From Prochlorococcus sp. AG-402-N21 (GTDB taxonomy: Bacteria > Cyanobacteriota > Cyanobacteriia > PCC-6307 > Cyanobiaceae): DNA of 24,000 nucleotides. Positions 1 through 6,851 of this stretch are shown here, one piece after another; positions within the stretch are counted from its first letter, which is position 1; each line of letters starts with the position of its first letter. Where the stretch lies: NCBI GenBank assembly GCA_003216435.1, contig QCIW01000001.1:179007-203006 (forward strand), written 5' to 3'. Both the position numbers and the translations under genes were made by a program. Below the pieces are notes generated by a model. That model had not been told where the DNA came from. It was given only the letters and a program-made list of their open reading frames with translations, and made no database searches.

Positions 1-95
1 AATGGCTCAATCCCATAAGTCTGTATAAAAGAAACAAGGAGAACAAATGCTCCTACAAAAAAGGAAATTAGAAGAAACTTACGTAGTCTAATCAT
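1..95 (-). CDS. 5' end of a CDS that runs off the left edge; hydrophobic N-terminus, product unknown
   Basis: Own translation of the minus strand from the ATG (complement of cat at 93-95): MIRLRKFLLISFFVGAFVLLVSFIQTYGIEP..., open to the window edge. Signal-peptide/TM-like. Confidence 0.3.
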   Translation of the reverse strand, partial: MIRLRKFLLISFFVGAFVLLVSFIQTYGIEP

Positions 96-246
96 AATCA
101 AATGCTTAGATCAATCTTCATATCTTGCATCAATCTCATAAGGAAGTTTAGTTTTAAATTATATAACCTTCTAAGGGGAAAGGTTTAGACAGTTAGATAT
201 GGAAAAATTTTTCTTTATGTTTAAAATGAAAAAAATTCTATAAAAG

Positions 247-738
247 ATGGAAATCCGGTTACTCCAAACCAATGACGTTACAGAAACTTATGCGACTTGG
301 TTCTCGAATAAAGAAGTAGTTAAATATTCAGATAATCAATATAGATGTTTTTCCATAGAAGGTCAAAAGTTATATGTTCAAACTTGTTTAAATGACAAAA
401 ATATTGAATTATATGGAATATTTATAGAAGGTAGACATATTGGCAATGTGGTATTAGATGGCATAAAATCTATTCATAGAAGAGCAGAAGTAACTTATGT
501 AATAGGTGAAAAATCGTATTGGGGAAAAGGAATTTGCCAACATGCTGTTTCTTTAGTTATAAAAAAGGCAAGAAAGGATCACAAACTTAATAAGCTTTTT
601 GCTGGCATTGCGAGTAACAATATAGGTAGCAAGAAAGTATTAGAAAAAAATAATTTCATACTGGAAGGTATAAGGAAGAAACATTTATATTACAATAATT
701 TATTTGAAGATCAACTAGACTATGGACTCTTGCTCTAA
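247..738 (+). CDS. GNAT-family N-acetyltransferase (RimJ/RimL-like)
   Basis: 163-aa ORF. Has the pattern ...RRAEVTYVIGEKSYWGKGI... (acetyl-CoA loop-like xWGKGI) and ...NIGSKKVLEKNNFILEG..., typical of RimL-type GNAT proteins. Visibly AT-rich. Confidence 0.75.
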   Translation: MEIRLLQTNDVTETYATWFSNKEVVKYSDNQYRCFSIEGQKLYVQTCLNDKNIELYGIFIEGRHIGNVVLDGIKSIHRRAEVTYVIGEKSYWGKGICQHAVSLVIKKARKDHKLNKLFAGIASNNIGSKKVLEKNNFILEGIRKKHLYYNNLFEDQLDYGLLL

Positions 739-1067
739 ATTTATAATTAATAAATCAATTTATATAAAATAGAGTCGAAATAATTAATCCTTTATTATCT
801 TTCTTCAAGAATTATTTCTTTACACTTTAATTATTTATGTTCATATTAAATTGCCCATTTATCTTGCACCTTCAACTTAGCTTTAGGCTTGGCTGAGCAA
901 GTTATCTGAAAAAATTTTTCAGAGCGGCATTTAAAAATTCTAAAAAACCTCTGGGTCCAATAGACCTCATTTAACCAAAAATTAAATCACTGTGTTTTAA
1001 ATCAACCTATAAGCCTGTAGGATAAAGATCAATTTTTAAAAACCTCAACAAGAGGAATAGATATATC

Positions 1068-1265
1068 ATGGCAAAGAAAGGTACTAGGATCGTAGTCACC
1101 ATAGAGTGCACTGAGTGTAGGAGTGCTACGCCTGCAGAGAAGCGATCTCCTGGAGTTTCGAGATACACAACCGAAAAGAACAGAAGAAACACAACCGAAA
1201 GATTGGAGCTGAAAAAATTCTGCCCTCAACTAAATAAAATGACTATCCACAAGGAAATTAAATAA
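1068..1265 (+). CDS. rpmG: 50S ribosomal protein L33 (bL33)
   Basis: 65 aa, [18 protein letters not shown]...[17 protein letters not shown]...; CxxC knuckle and L33 signature. AGAGGAA-like purine tract upstream of the ATG. Confidence 0.95.
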   Translation: MAKKGTRIVVTIECTECRSATPAEKRSPGVSRYTTEKNRRNTTERLELKKFCPQLNKMTIHKEIK

Positions 1266-1276
1266 TACATTTTTAT

Positions 1277-1305
1277 CTTTCGCCAATAGGCAAAGTTATT
1301 TCATT
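1277..1305 (+). terminator. Candidate intrinsic terminator of rpmG
   Basis: Hairpin CTTTCGCC-AATA-GGCAAAG (7 bp with one bulged C) 12 nt after the stop, followed by the T-rich TTATTTCATT. Confidence 0.35.
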
Positions 1306-1391
1306 GAAAACGAAGAGGGTGTCAGTCGATTTGTGTCTAGGAAGGCAGGTGAGGGAACAAAGAGGAATAAAAAATTGAAATCAGGTCAAAA

Positions 1392-1511
1392 ATCCAACAA
1401 GATTTCTGCCTAGTCAAATCCAACGACAAAAGGACTAGTCATATCAATGGTTTTCAGAAAATCCAACAAGATCAAGACTCATCCAACAAGATTTCAAAAA
1501 ATCCAACAAGA
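1392..1511. repeat. Phased direct-repeat array of the 11-mer ATCCAACAAGA (4 exact copies + 1 degenerate)
   Basis: Exact copies start at 1392, 1461, 1481 and 1501; a 9/11 copy (ATCCAACGACA) starts at 1418. The last three starts are exactly 20 bp apart. Non-coding: the copies fall in different frames. Confidence 0.85.
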
Positions 1512-1586
1512 AAATCTATTAAATCGAGTAAAGATAGAAATAAAGTTATCAAATTGAGTTTATTATCTAAAAAAACTTATAAATTC

Positions 1587-2480
1587 ATGAAGACTAAAAA
1601 CCTATATTCCTTTTTACTTTCATTTTTAATTGTTCCTTTTTCAGCAAGTTTAGGAATCACTCTTTTCTCTTTATCAACTGATATAGCATTATTCACAAAA
1701 GAAGCAAAAGCAACTAATTGGAATGCCTATAAATTATATTTTAATAATGGTAAAAGGATGATTGATACAGGAAAATATGAAAAAGGACTTAAATATTATA
1801 ATAAGGCAATCGATATTTATGCTCTTGAAGGTTCTGCTTTCTACAACAGAGGGAATGCGTATAGAGGATTAGAAAAATACAAAGAAGCGATTAAAGACTA
1901 TTTAAAATCAATTGAATTAGATAGTGAGATAGGAAATCAATATGCCTATAATAATATAGCCGTTTCATATGAATCTCTAGGTGATTATAAAAATGCTATT
2001 AAATATATCAATTTAGCAATAAAGGCATACCCAAAAAGCGGACTTTATTTCGAAAATCGTGGTTGGTATAATTTACAATTAGAAAAATTCAAACAAGCAG
2101 AAAAGGATTACGAAGAAGCAGGTAAAGTATATTTAAAATATAAAAATACAAGAATGTATGAAAATTGTCCTAAAAGTAAAAAATTAATCCATTGTCAAAT
2201 GGATTCCTGGTACTACAACAGTCTTGGTTTGGCGAAAGAGAATTTAGGGAACTTCAAAGGGGCACTAGATAATTACAACAAAGCAATTGAAATAAATTTT
2301 CCAAAGGAAGAAGAAGAAAAATATATTTGGTTTAATAATCGTGGGAATGTTAAATATGAACTAGGAGATGAAAAAGGTGCCTGCAAGGATTATAAATTTG
2401 CTGCATCTATAGGCGACGAAGAAGGAATTAAATGGTTAAATTCTAGAGATGGTAAATGGTGTAAAAAAATGAAATTATAA
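1587..2480 (+). CDS. Signal-anchored tetratricopeptide-repeat (TPR) protein
   Basis: N-terminal hydrophobic segment LYSFLLSFLIVPFSASLGITLFSL, then several 34-aa TPR-like units (AFYNRGNAYRGLEKYKEAIKDYLKSIELD; AYNNIAVSYESLGDYKNAIKYINLAIKAYP; YYNSLGLAKENLGNFKGALDNYNKAIEIN). I prefer ATG 1587 to the TTG at 1554 used by the ORF track. Confidence 0.8.
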   Translation: MKTKNLYSFLLSFLIVPFSASLGITLFSLSTDIALFTKEAKATNWNAYKLYFNNGKRMIDTGKYEKGLKYYNKAIDIYALEGSAFYNRGNAYRGLEKYKEAIKDYLKSIELDSEIGNQYAYNNIAVSYESLGDYKNAIKYINLAIKAYPKSGLYFENRGWYNLQLEKFKQAEKDYEEAGKVYLKYKNTRMYENCPKSKKLIHCQMDSWYYNSLGLAKENLGNFKGALDNYNKAIEINFPKEEEEKYIWFNNRGNVKYELGDEKGACKDYKFAASIGDEEGIKWLNSRDGKWCKKMKL

Positions 2481-2579
2481 TCATCAATCAATCTCTCTTC
2501 TTTTTATTAGAAATAATTTTCACCAACTAAAAATTCATGATTCTAAATCACACAAAATTAGTAGGTTTTAAAAAATATA

Positions 2580-2664
2580 CGGAGAGGGTGGGATTCGAAC
2601 CCACGAATAGTTTCCCATTAAACGATTTCGAGTCGTCCGCTTTCGACCTCTCAGCCACCTCTCC
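2580..2664 (-). tRNA. tRNA-Ser (anticodon CGA), type II with long variable arm; CCA not encoded
   Basis: Reverse complement folds as a cloverleaf. Acceptor GGAGAGG/CCUCUCC, anticodon stem GACGA/UCGUU, loop CUCGAAA, long extra arm, T arm GUGGG-UUCGAAU-CCCAC, discriminator G. Confidence 0.9.
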
Positions 2665-2767
2665 TAGATATGAGCTGAATTAAAATTATTATAAGTAGTA
2701 ATTAGAGCTGATAAAGTTTAAAACTTAAAAATTTAGCAATGAATTAATTACCCTTAAGAATAAGAAT

Positions 2768-3802
2768 TTAATCCCATCCTGATTCAGCCATCATCTTAAT
2801 AGCCTTTTTATTAAATTTCCCAAGTTGAGAAATCTCTACACTATCAGGGACAAAATCACCAAATCGAGTAACTTCTTTAGATTCATTAAAACCTATCAAA
2901 GGATGCTCATATGTTGGTCCTGCTAATCCTCTGCTACCTTTAGATGAAGCAAGATATTCAAGAAGAGTAATGCCTTCAACTTTATTCTTTGCATATTTAG
3001 CTAAACCACCTGCACTTACATTCACATGCGCAGGATTTGGTGTAATTACAGTGACTTTTTTTGCTAATTTTTTATCCTTAGATCCATTTACACCTCCCAA
3101 CATTCTTGAAACATAATAATGATTAACTATCCCTATTCCGCATTTTTTCTGGGCAACAGCTCTAATAATGCCAATATCTCCAGGGAAATAAGGTTCAGAG
3201 ACATTGGAAATCATAGCTTTTAACCAGCCTTTTGTTTCTGATTCTCCGCGAAGAGCTAATTGATTAGCTACTAATGATTGATTATATGGACTATTTCGTT
3301 TTCTAAGGCAAACCTTTCCCTTTAAAGATGGATCTGCAAGATCTGAATATTTTTTGATTGTACTTAAATCAACAACTTTAGGGTTAGCAACCATAACTCT
3401 TACTCTTCGGGTAAGCCCATACCATCGAGCCAGAGGATCTCTATATTGAGGGGGAACATCTTGATCTAATTTCTCAGAACGATAGCTCTGTAATAAACCT
3501 GAATTTGCTGCATTACTAATTCTTGCAGCATCCACCAACAAAATCACATCTGCATTGGAATTTTTCCCTTCTCTCTTTAATCTTTCTACCAAAGAAATTC
3601 CAGTGGCTTCTATCAAACGAACCTTGATACCTGTTTCTTCTGCAAACTTCTTGTAAATTTGTCGATCAGTATTGTAATGACGACCAGAATAAACACGAAC
3701 TTCTCTTGCAAATGAAGGAACTGCAATCGTAATTCCGCCACTTATTAGACAAGTAAAAGCAAGCAAAGAGGAGGATAACTTTCTGAATGAGACCATTCTC
3801 AA
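2768..3802 (-). CDS. futA: Periplasmic Fe(III)-binding protein of an iron ABC transporter (IdiA/FutA/AfuA family)
   Basis: 344 aa. Signal peptide (LLAFTCLISGGITIAVPSFA), then VRVYSGRHYNTDRQIYKKFAEETGIKV... and ...GIGIVNHYYVSRM..., characteristic of cyanobacterial IdiA/FutA. No permease or ATPase gene is adjacent. Confidence 0.9.
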   Translation of the reverse strand: MRMVSFRKLSSSLLAFTCLISGGITIAVPSFAREVRVYSGRHYNTDRQIYKKFAEETGIKVRLIEATGISLVERLKREGKNSNADVILLVDAARISNAANSGLLQSYRSEKLDQDVPPQYRDPLARWYGLTRRVRVMVANPKVVDLSTIKKYSDLADPSLKGKVCLRKRNSPYNQSLVANQLALRGESETKGWLKAMISNVSEPYFPGDIGIIRAVAQKKCGIGIVNHYYVSRMLGGVNGSKDKKLAKKVTVITPNPAHVNVSAGGLAKYAKNKVEGITLLEYLASSKGSRGLAGPTYEHPLIGFNESKEVTRFGDFVPDSVEISQLGKFNKKAIKMMAESGWD

Positions 3803-3867
3803 GCATTAAAATAAGCGTCAATATATAGACTATCGACAAGACAGCCAAGAGGAAATTTTGCCGCCTT

Positions 3868-3889
3868 TTGATACCTTAACCAGTATCAA
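3868..3889. promoter_or_regulatory. Palindrome TTGATAC-N8-GTATCAA centred in the divergent futA/piuC intergenic region (candidate operator)
   Basis: Perfect 7-bp arms. The centre is about 75 bp from the futA start and about 70 bp from the piuC ATG. Its position is suggestive, but the sequence is not a canonical Fur or NtcA box. Confidence 0.3.
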
Positions 3890-3947
3890 TTGTGCGTCGA
3901 TTCAGTTCAAGGTTCTCATCCATTTGCAAAAACTTCGCCCTTTAACT

Positions 3948-4613
3948 ATGGATTATTTAGTGCATAAATTATTAAATGCCGAATCATTAAAAAGTCTTCA
4001 GAAAACTCTTTTAGCAAATGAACTGTCATGGCAAGATGGGAAAAAAACTGCAGGCTCACACGCTTCTAAAGTAAAAAATAATCTTCAGCTAGATAGGAAA
4101 TCAAAGATTTCTACCTTAGCAAGTGAAAAAATTATTCAATGCATAACCTCAGATCCACTTATTAAAAGCTTTGCCTTACCAAAAAGAATTCACGGAGTAA
4201 TGTTTACAAGATCCAGCAAAGGTCATGGTTATGGAATGCATGTAGATAATCCATATATGAGTTCTGGTAGAAGTGATTTATCTTTTACATTATTTCTCAA
4301 TGAAAGAAATGAATATGAAGGGGGTGAACTTTGCATACAAGAAATGCAAGGGCATAAAAACTTCAAACTAGATGCAGGCGAAATTATTGTTTACCCGAGT
4401 ACTACTCTTCATTCTGTTCAAAAAGTTAATTCGGGAGAAAGGCTTGTATGTGTAGGTTGGATTGAAAGTTATGTTTCAAGTAATGAGGAAAGAAAACTAT
4501 TATTTAACTTAGATGCTGGAGCAAAAGCATTGCTTTCGAAATATGGAAGATCAGATGAGCTTGATTTAATATTTCTTGCTTATAGCAATTTGCTAAGAAG
4601 GCTGGGCAGATAA
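3948..4613 (+). CDS. piuC: PKHD/PiuC-type Fe(II)/2-oxoglutarate-dependent oxygenase
   Basis: H-x-D (GYGMHVDNP), distal His (STTLHSVQKV) and Arg (GERLVCVGW) of the 2OG-oxygenase fold. ATG 3948 (MDYLVHKLLN...) is preferred; the TTG-initiated 30-aa extension in the ORF track covers the promoter region. Confidence 0.8.
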   Translation: MDYLVHKLLNAESLKSLQKTLLANELSWQDGKKTAGSHASKVKNNLQLDRKSKISTLASEKIIQCITSDPLIKSFALPKRIHGVMFTRSSKGHGYGMHVDNPYMSSGRSDLSFTLFLNERNEYEGGELCIQEMQGHKNFKLDAGEIIVYPSTTLHSVQKVNSGERLVCVGWIESYVSSNEERKLLFNLDAGAKALLSKYGRSDELDLIFLAYSNLLRRLGR

Positions 4614-4711
4614 AAAGCACGTACTCAATTTATACATTCATAAGTAGCATCTATCATGTTTTAAAAGCTGAAGGAAGGGCAATATAATATGTATTAAGTA
4701 ATCAAAAAAAA

Positions 4712-4957
4712 ATGGGTAAAAATTCTCCCGTAGCAATTTTCATGGCTGCAACTGCATTACTTAGTGCAGGATCAATTAATTCTGATATTTCTAAAGCCTC
4801 TGAAAAAAATAAAGACCTTGGAGGCCTTAAAGAATGGACAACCGATCAAGATATTAAAGATGAAAGCAAATTAGATGAGGCCGCAAAAAAGGCTGCGAAG
4901 AAAGCAAAAAAATCTAACATTTGCATACCAATTGGTGAAGGTGAGAATTGCTGGTAG
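4712..4957 (+). CDS. Small secreted protein, Lys/Ala-rich, with C-terminal C-x8-C-W
   Basis: 81 aa. Sec-type signal (VAIFMAATALLSAGS), charged middle (EAAKKAAKKAKKS), ends ...NICIPIGEGENCW. Followed by a strong terminator. Confidence 0.5.
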   Translation: MGKNSPVAIFMAATALLSAGSINSDISKASEKNKDLGGLKEWTTDQDIKDESKLDEAAKKAAKKAKKSNICIPIGEGENCW

Positions 4958-5011
4958 GTATATAAATCTTTCATCATTTAAATCTAAAAGTAACTAATCA
5001 AATTAGTTATC

Positions 5012-5046
5012 AAAAAAAAAAGCGCCCACTTAAGGGCGCTTTTTTT
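5012..5046. terminator. Bidirectional intrinsic terminator shared by the small ORF (+) and the porin (-)
   Basis: A9-AGCGCCC-ACTTAA-GGGCGCT-T6: a GC-rich 7-bp stem flanked by an A-run and a T-run, so it reads as hairpin plus U-tract on both strands. Confidence 0.8.
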
Positions 5047-5068
5047 GAATTCGTTATTTCTGAAAAGA

Positions 5069-6607
5069 TCAGAATCTGAATTCTGTAAGTACTACATAAC
5101 CAGTGTTGTCATCTGTAGCTGTACCAGAGCTAGGCTCTTGGTTGCCAAAGATTGCTGGAGTAACTGAAACGTTGTCAGATACCTTGAATGTGTAGTAAGC
5201 CTCCCAAGAGAAAGTGTCTTCTGCATCATCTGCTCCGCCACCGTTAAGTTCAGTGCCATGAACACGTGATCCAATTGCAACACCAGCCTTGTTGCCATCA
5301 ACTACAACATCATTCCAGCCGAAGCCAGCCATCCATCCGGAAGCTTCCTTCACTTCGCCATTAGTTGTTCCATCAATAGATGTGGTATCAAAACCGAACT
5401 GAATAGAAGGAACGATTCCTGTCTCTTCAGGTCTCCAATGAGCCCTTAAACCAATAGCAGTTTCAGAAGTATCGGCATCTCTAGCCTTAGCAAGAGTAGT
5501 TGCGAAGTATGAGTCTTCCCAATCGTTTTCTTTAAAGGCAGCAGCAAGAGAAACGCCCCATCTTGGAGAACGATAAGCAAGCTCTGTCAATAGAGCTGTA
5601 TCTGCGTCCTTACCAAAAAGACCTTGGTCCTGAGCACTGTTAGTACTCTCTTTAGATGTGTAACCAGCACTTACAGAGAACCTTGGAGAAGAAGGATCCT
5701 CAACTTGCTGTGTCCAAGCAGCACCAAAACCACCAGTTGTAGATGATCCATAAACAGGACCGTTACCACCTAGAGCGAACTGCTTAAGAACTGGTTTGTA
5801 GATAGAAGGAGCACTAGCTAGCATGTAGTAGTTCTCGATCTTTGGACCAATCCAAACTGTGAAGTTGTCGCCTACAGGGAACTGATACCAAATTTTGTCT
5901 ACTTTTACGTAGTCATACTTGGTTGCGTTTGTAGTTGGAGTACTACCTGCAGCTGTGTCAGTATCAGAGTCTGCCTCTACACCTTTACCTGCACCAGCAG
6001 CTGATAAGTATGTTCCATGACCCTTATCGGCGAAATGGTCTGTAACGTTACCAGTCTTGATACGTGCATATAGTTTGTCACTACCATTGAAACTGGTGTT
6101 CATGTTCAATGTGTAGCTGTACTCCATAGTTAAGGAGTCAGTACTTGTCTCATCATCAACAGAAACACTACCAACGATGAAAGCAGACTTACCTGTCAAA
6201 GTTGTGGTCTTAGAGAATTGACCAGCCTCGAATTCGCCAACACGTGACTCAAGACCATCAATACGACCTTTGATTACTGCTAACTCAGGAGCAAACTCGT
6301 TAATAAGACGACGCTCTTCTTCGTTAACCTGAGCAACATTGCCTAGACACTTATTTAAAAGTGTTGCAGCCTCGTAACGAGTAATGCTGCCAGAAGGATT
6401 AGCAACAGAACATCCATGACGCTCGGCCAAAGAAGTCAAAGCCTGGAAAGCCCAGTCTGTTGGATATACATCAGAGAAGTTCTGAACTTCTGAACCAGAA
6501 GCGTAGTCAGATACTTCATTGATGTTTAGCTCAGCAGCATTAGCAGCTAAAGGCGCCAAAAGGCCCAAAGCAGCTGGTGCTACCAGCAATTGCTGGAAAA
6601 GTTTCAT
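5069..6607 (-). CDS. som: Outer-membrane porin, cyanobacterial Som type (SLH-like N-terminal segment + OprB-like beta-barrel)
   Basis: Signal peptide ...LLAPLAANA; SLH-like FSDVYPTDWAFQALTSLAERHGC; coiled linker; Gly/Ser/Thr-rich barrel ending ...VVLTEFRF. ATG 6607, with GAGGAA 6 nt upstream, is preferred to the GTG at 6619. Confidence 0.9.
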   Translation of the reverse strand: MKLFQQLLVAPAALGLLAPLAANAAELNINEVSDYASGSEVQNFSDVYPTDWAFQALTSLAERHGCSVANPSGSITRYEAATLLNKCLGNVAQVNEEERRLINEFAPELAVIKGRIDGLESRVGEFEAGQFSKTTTLTGKSAFIVGSVSVDDETSTDSLTMEYSYTLNMNTSFNGSDKLYARIKTGNVTDHFADKGHGTYLSAAGAGKGVEADSDTDTAAGSTPTTNATKYDYVKVDKIWYQFPVGDNFTVWIGPKIENYYMLASAPSIYKPVLKQFALGGNGPVYGSSTTGGFGAAWTQQVEDPSSPRFSVSAGYTSKESTNSAQDQGLFGKDADTALLTELAYRSPRWGVSLAAAFKENDWEDSYFATTLAKARDADTSETAIGLRAHWRPEETGIVPSIQFGFDTTSIDGTTNGEVKEASGWMAGFGWNDVVVDGNKAGVAIGSRVHGTELNGGGADDAEDTFSWEAYYTFKVSDNVSVTPAIFGNQEPSSGTATDDNTGYVVLTEFRF

Positions 6608-6610
6608 TAA

Positions 6611-6623
6611 ATTCCTCACACAG
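6611..6623 (-). promoter_or_regulatory. Yfr1-sRNA-complementary site overlapping the porin ribosome-binding site
   Basis: The mRNA reads 5'-CUGUGUGAGGAAUUUAAUG. GUGUGAGGA(A)U is complementary to the conserved Yfr1 motif ACUCCUCACAC (9 contiguous pairs). Confidence 0.45.
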
Positions 6624-6851
6624 AATTGCTTGACTTATATCAAGCTCCGGAATTCTATAAGACACACAGATCAAATGCCAGGCCAAATCAAGTCATCTAA
6701 GCGATATATAATCATTTTGTAACAAACGATACCAAGAAGTGTAGTTGCTTATCCGTTAATAGTGAAGATATATTCATTGAGACTCGTTCGAAAAATAGAA
6801 TTAGTTGATAAAAAAATATTTAAAAAATTCCAAAAACGTTATCTAAAAATT

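Noticed and set aside
1007-1229. Two minus-strand ORFs (61 and 66 aa) in the ORF track that overlap rpmG.
   Set aside because: They are antisense shadows of a clearly real, highly conserved L33 gene, with low-complexity, Cys/Leu/Phe-rich translations and no recognisable features.
1392-1511. The idea that the repeat array, read on the minus strand (AUCUUGUUGGAU, containing GGA), is a CsrB/RsmZ-like protein-sponge RNA.
   Set aside because: As far as I know, cyanobacteria lack CsrA/RsmA. The GGA is not presented in an obvious hairpin loop, and there is no evidence of a minus-strand promoter or terminator. The repeat is kept as an unexplained array instead.
1447-1557. A 36-aa basic ORF (MVFRKSNKIKTHPTRFQKIQQENLLNRVKIEIKLSN) spanning the repeat array, considered as a remnant of rps18 or a real peptide.
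   Set aside because: It has no similarity to S18. The repeats are read in three different frames, so the ORF is a by-product of the repeat sequence.
2580-2664. tRNA-Ser as an integration site, with the AT-rich GNAT/TPR genes to its left as a genomic island.
   Set aside because: I found no duplicated tRNA 3' segment (att-like direct repeat) in the window; only 8-9-nt chance matches such as GGATTCGA near 10871. There is no integrase. The composition difference alone is insufficient.
3666-3848. 60-aa minus-strand ORF overlapping the 5' end of futA in another frame.
   Set aside because: Out-of-frame overlap with a well-supported gene; the translation looks random.
3875-3885. Reading the futA/piuC palindrome as an NtcA site.
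   Set aside because: The sequence is TAC-N8-GTA, which reverses the half-site order of the NtcA consensus GTA-N8-TAC.
5069-6619. The visibly higher G+C of the porin gene (and of isiB) relative to neighbours, as a sign of horizontal transfer.
   Set aside because: This is more simply explained by Gly/Ala/Thr/Ser-rich beta-barrel composition and codon bias of highly expressed genes. No mobility genes or boundaries are present.
5092-6722. Track ORFs 5092-5301 (-) and 6519-6722 (+) overlapping the porin gene and its leader.
   Set aside because: These are alternative-frame or antisense ORFs within a well-supported porin CDS. The relatively G+C-rich sequence gives long open frames by chance.
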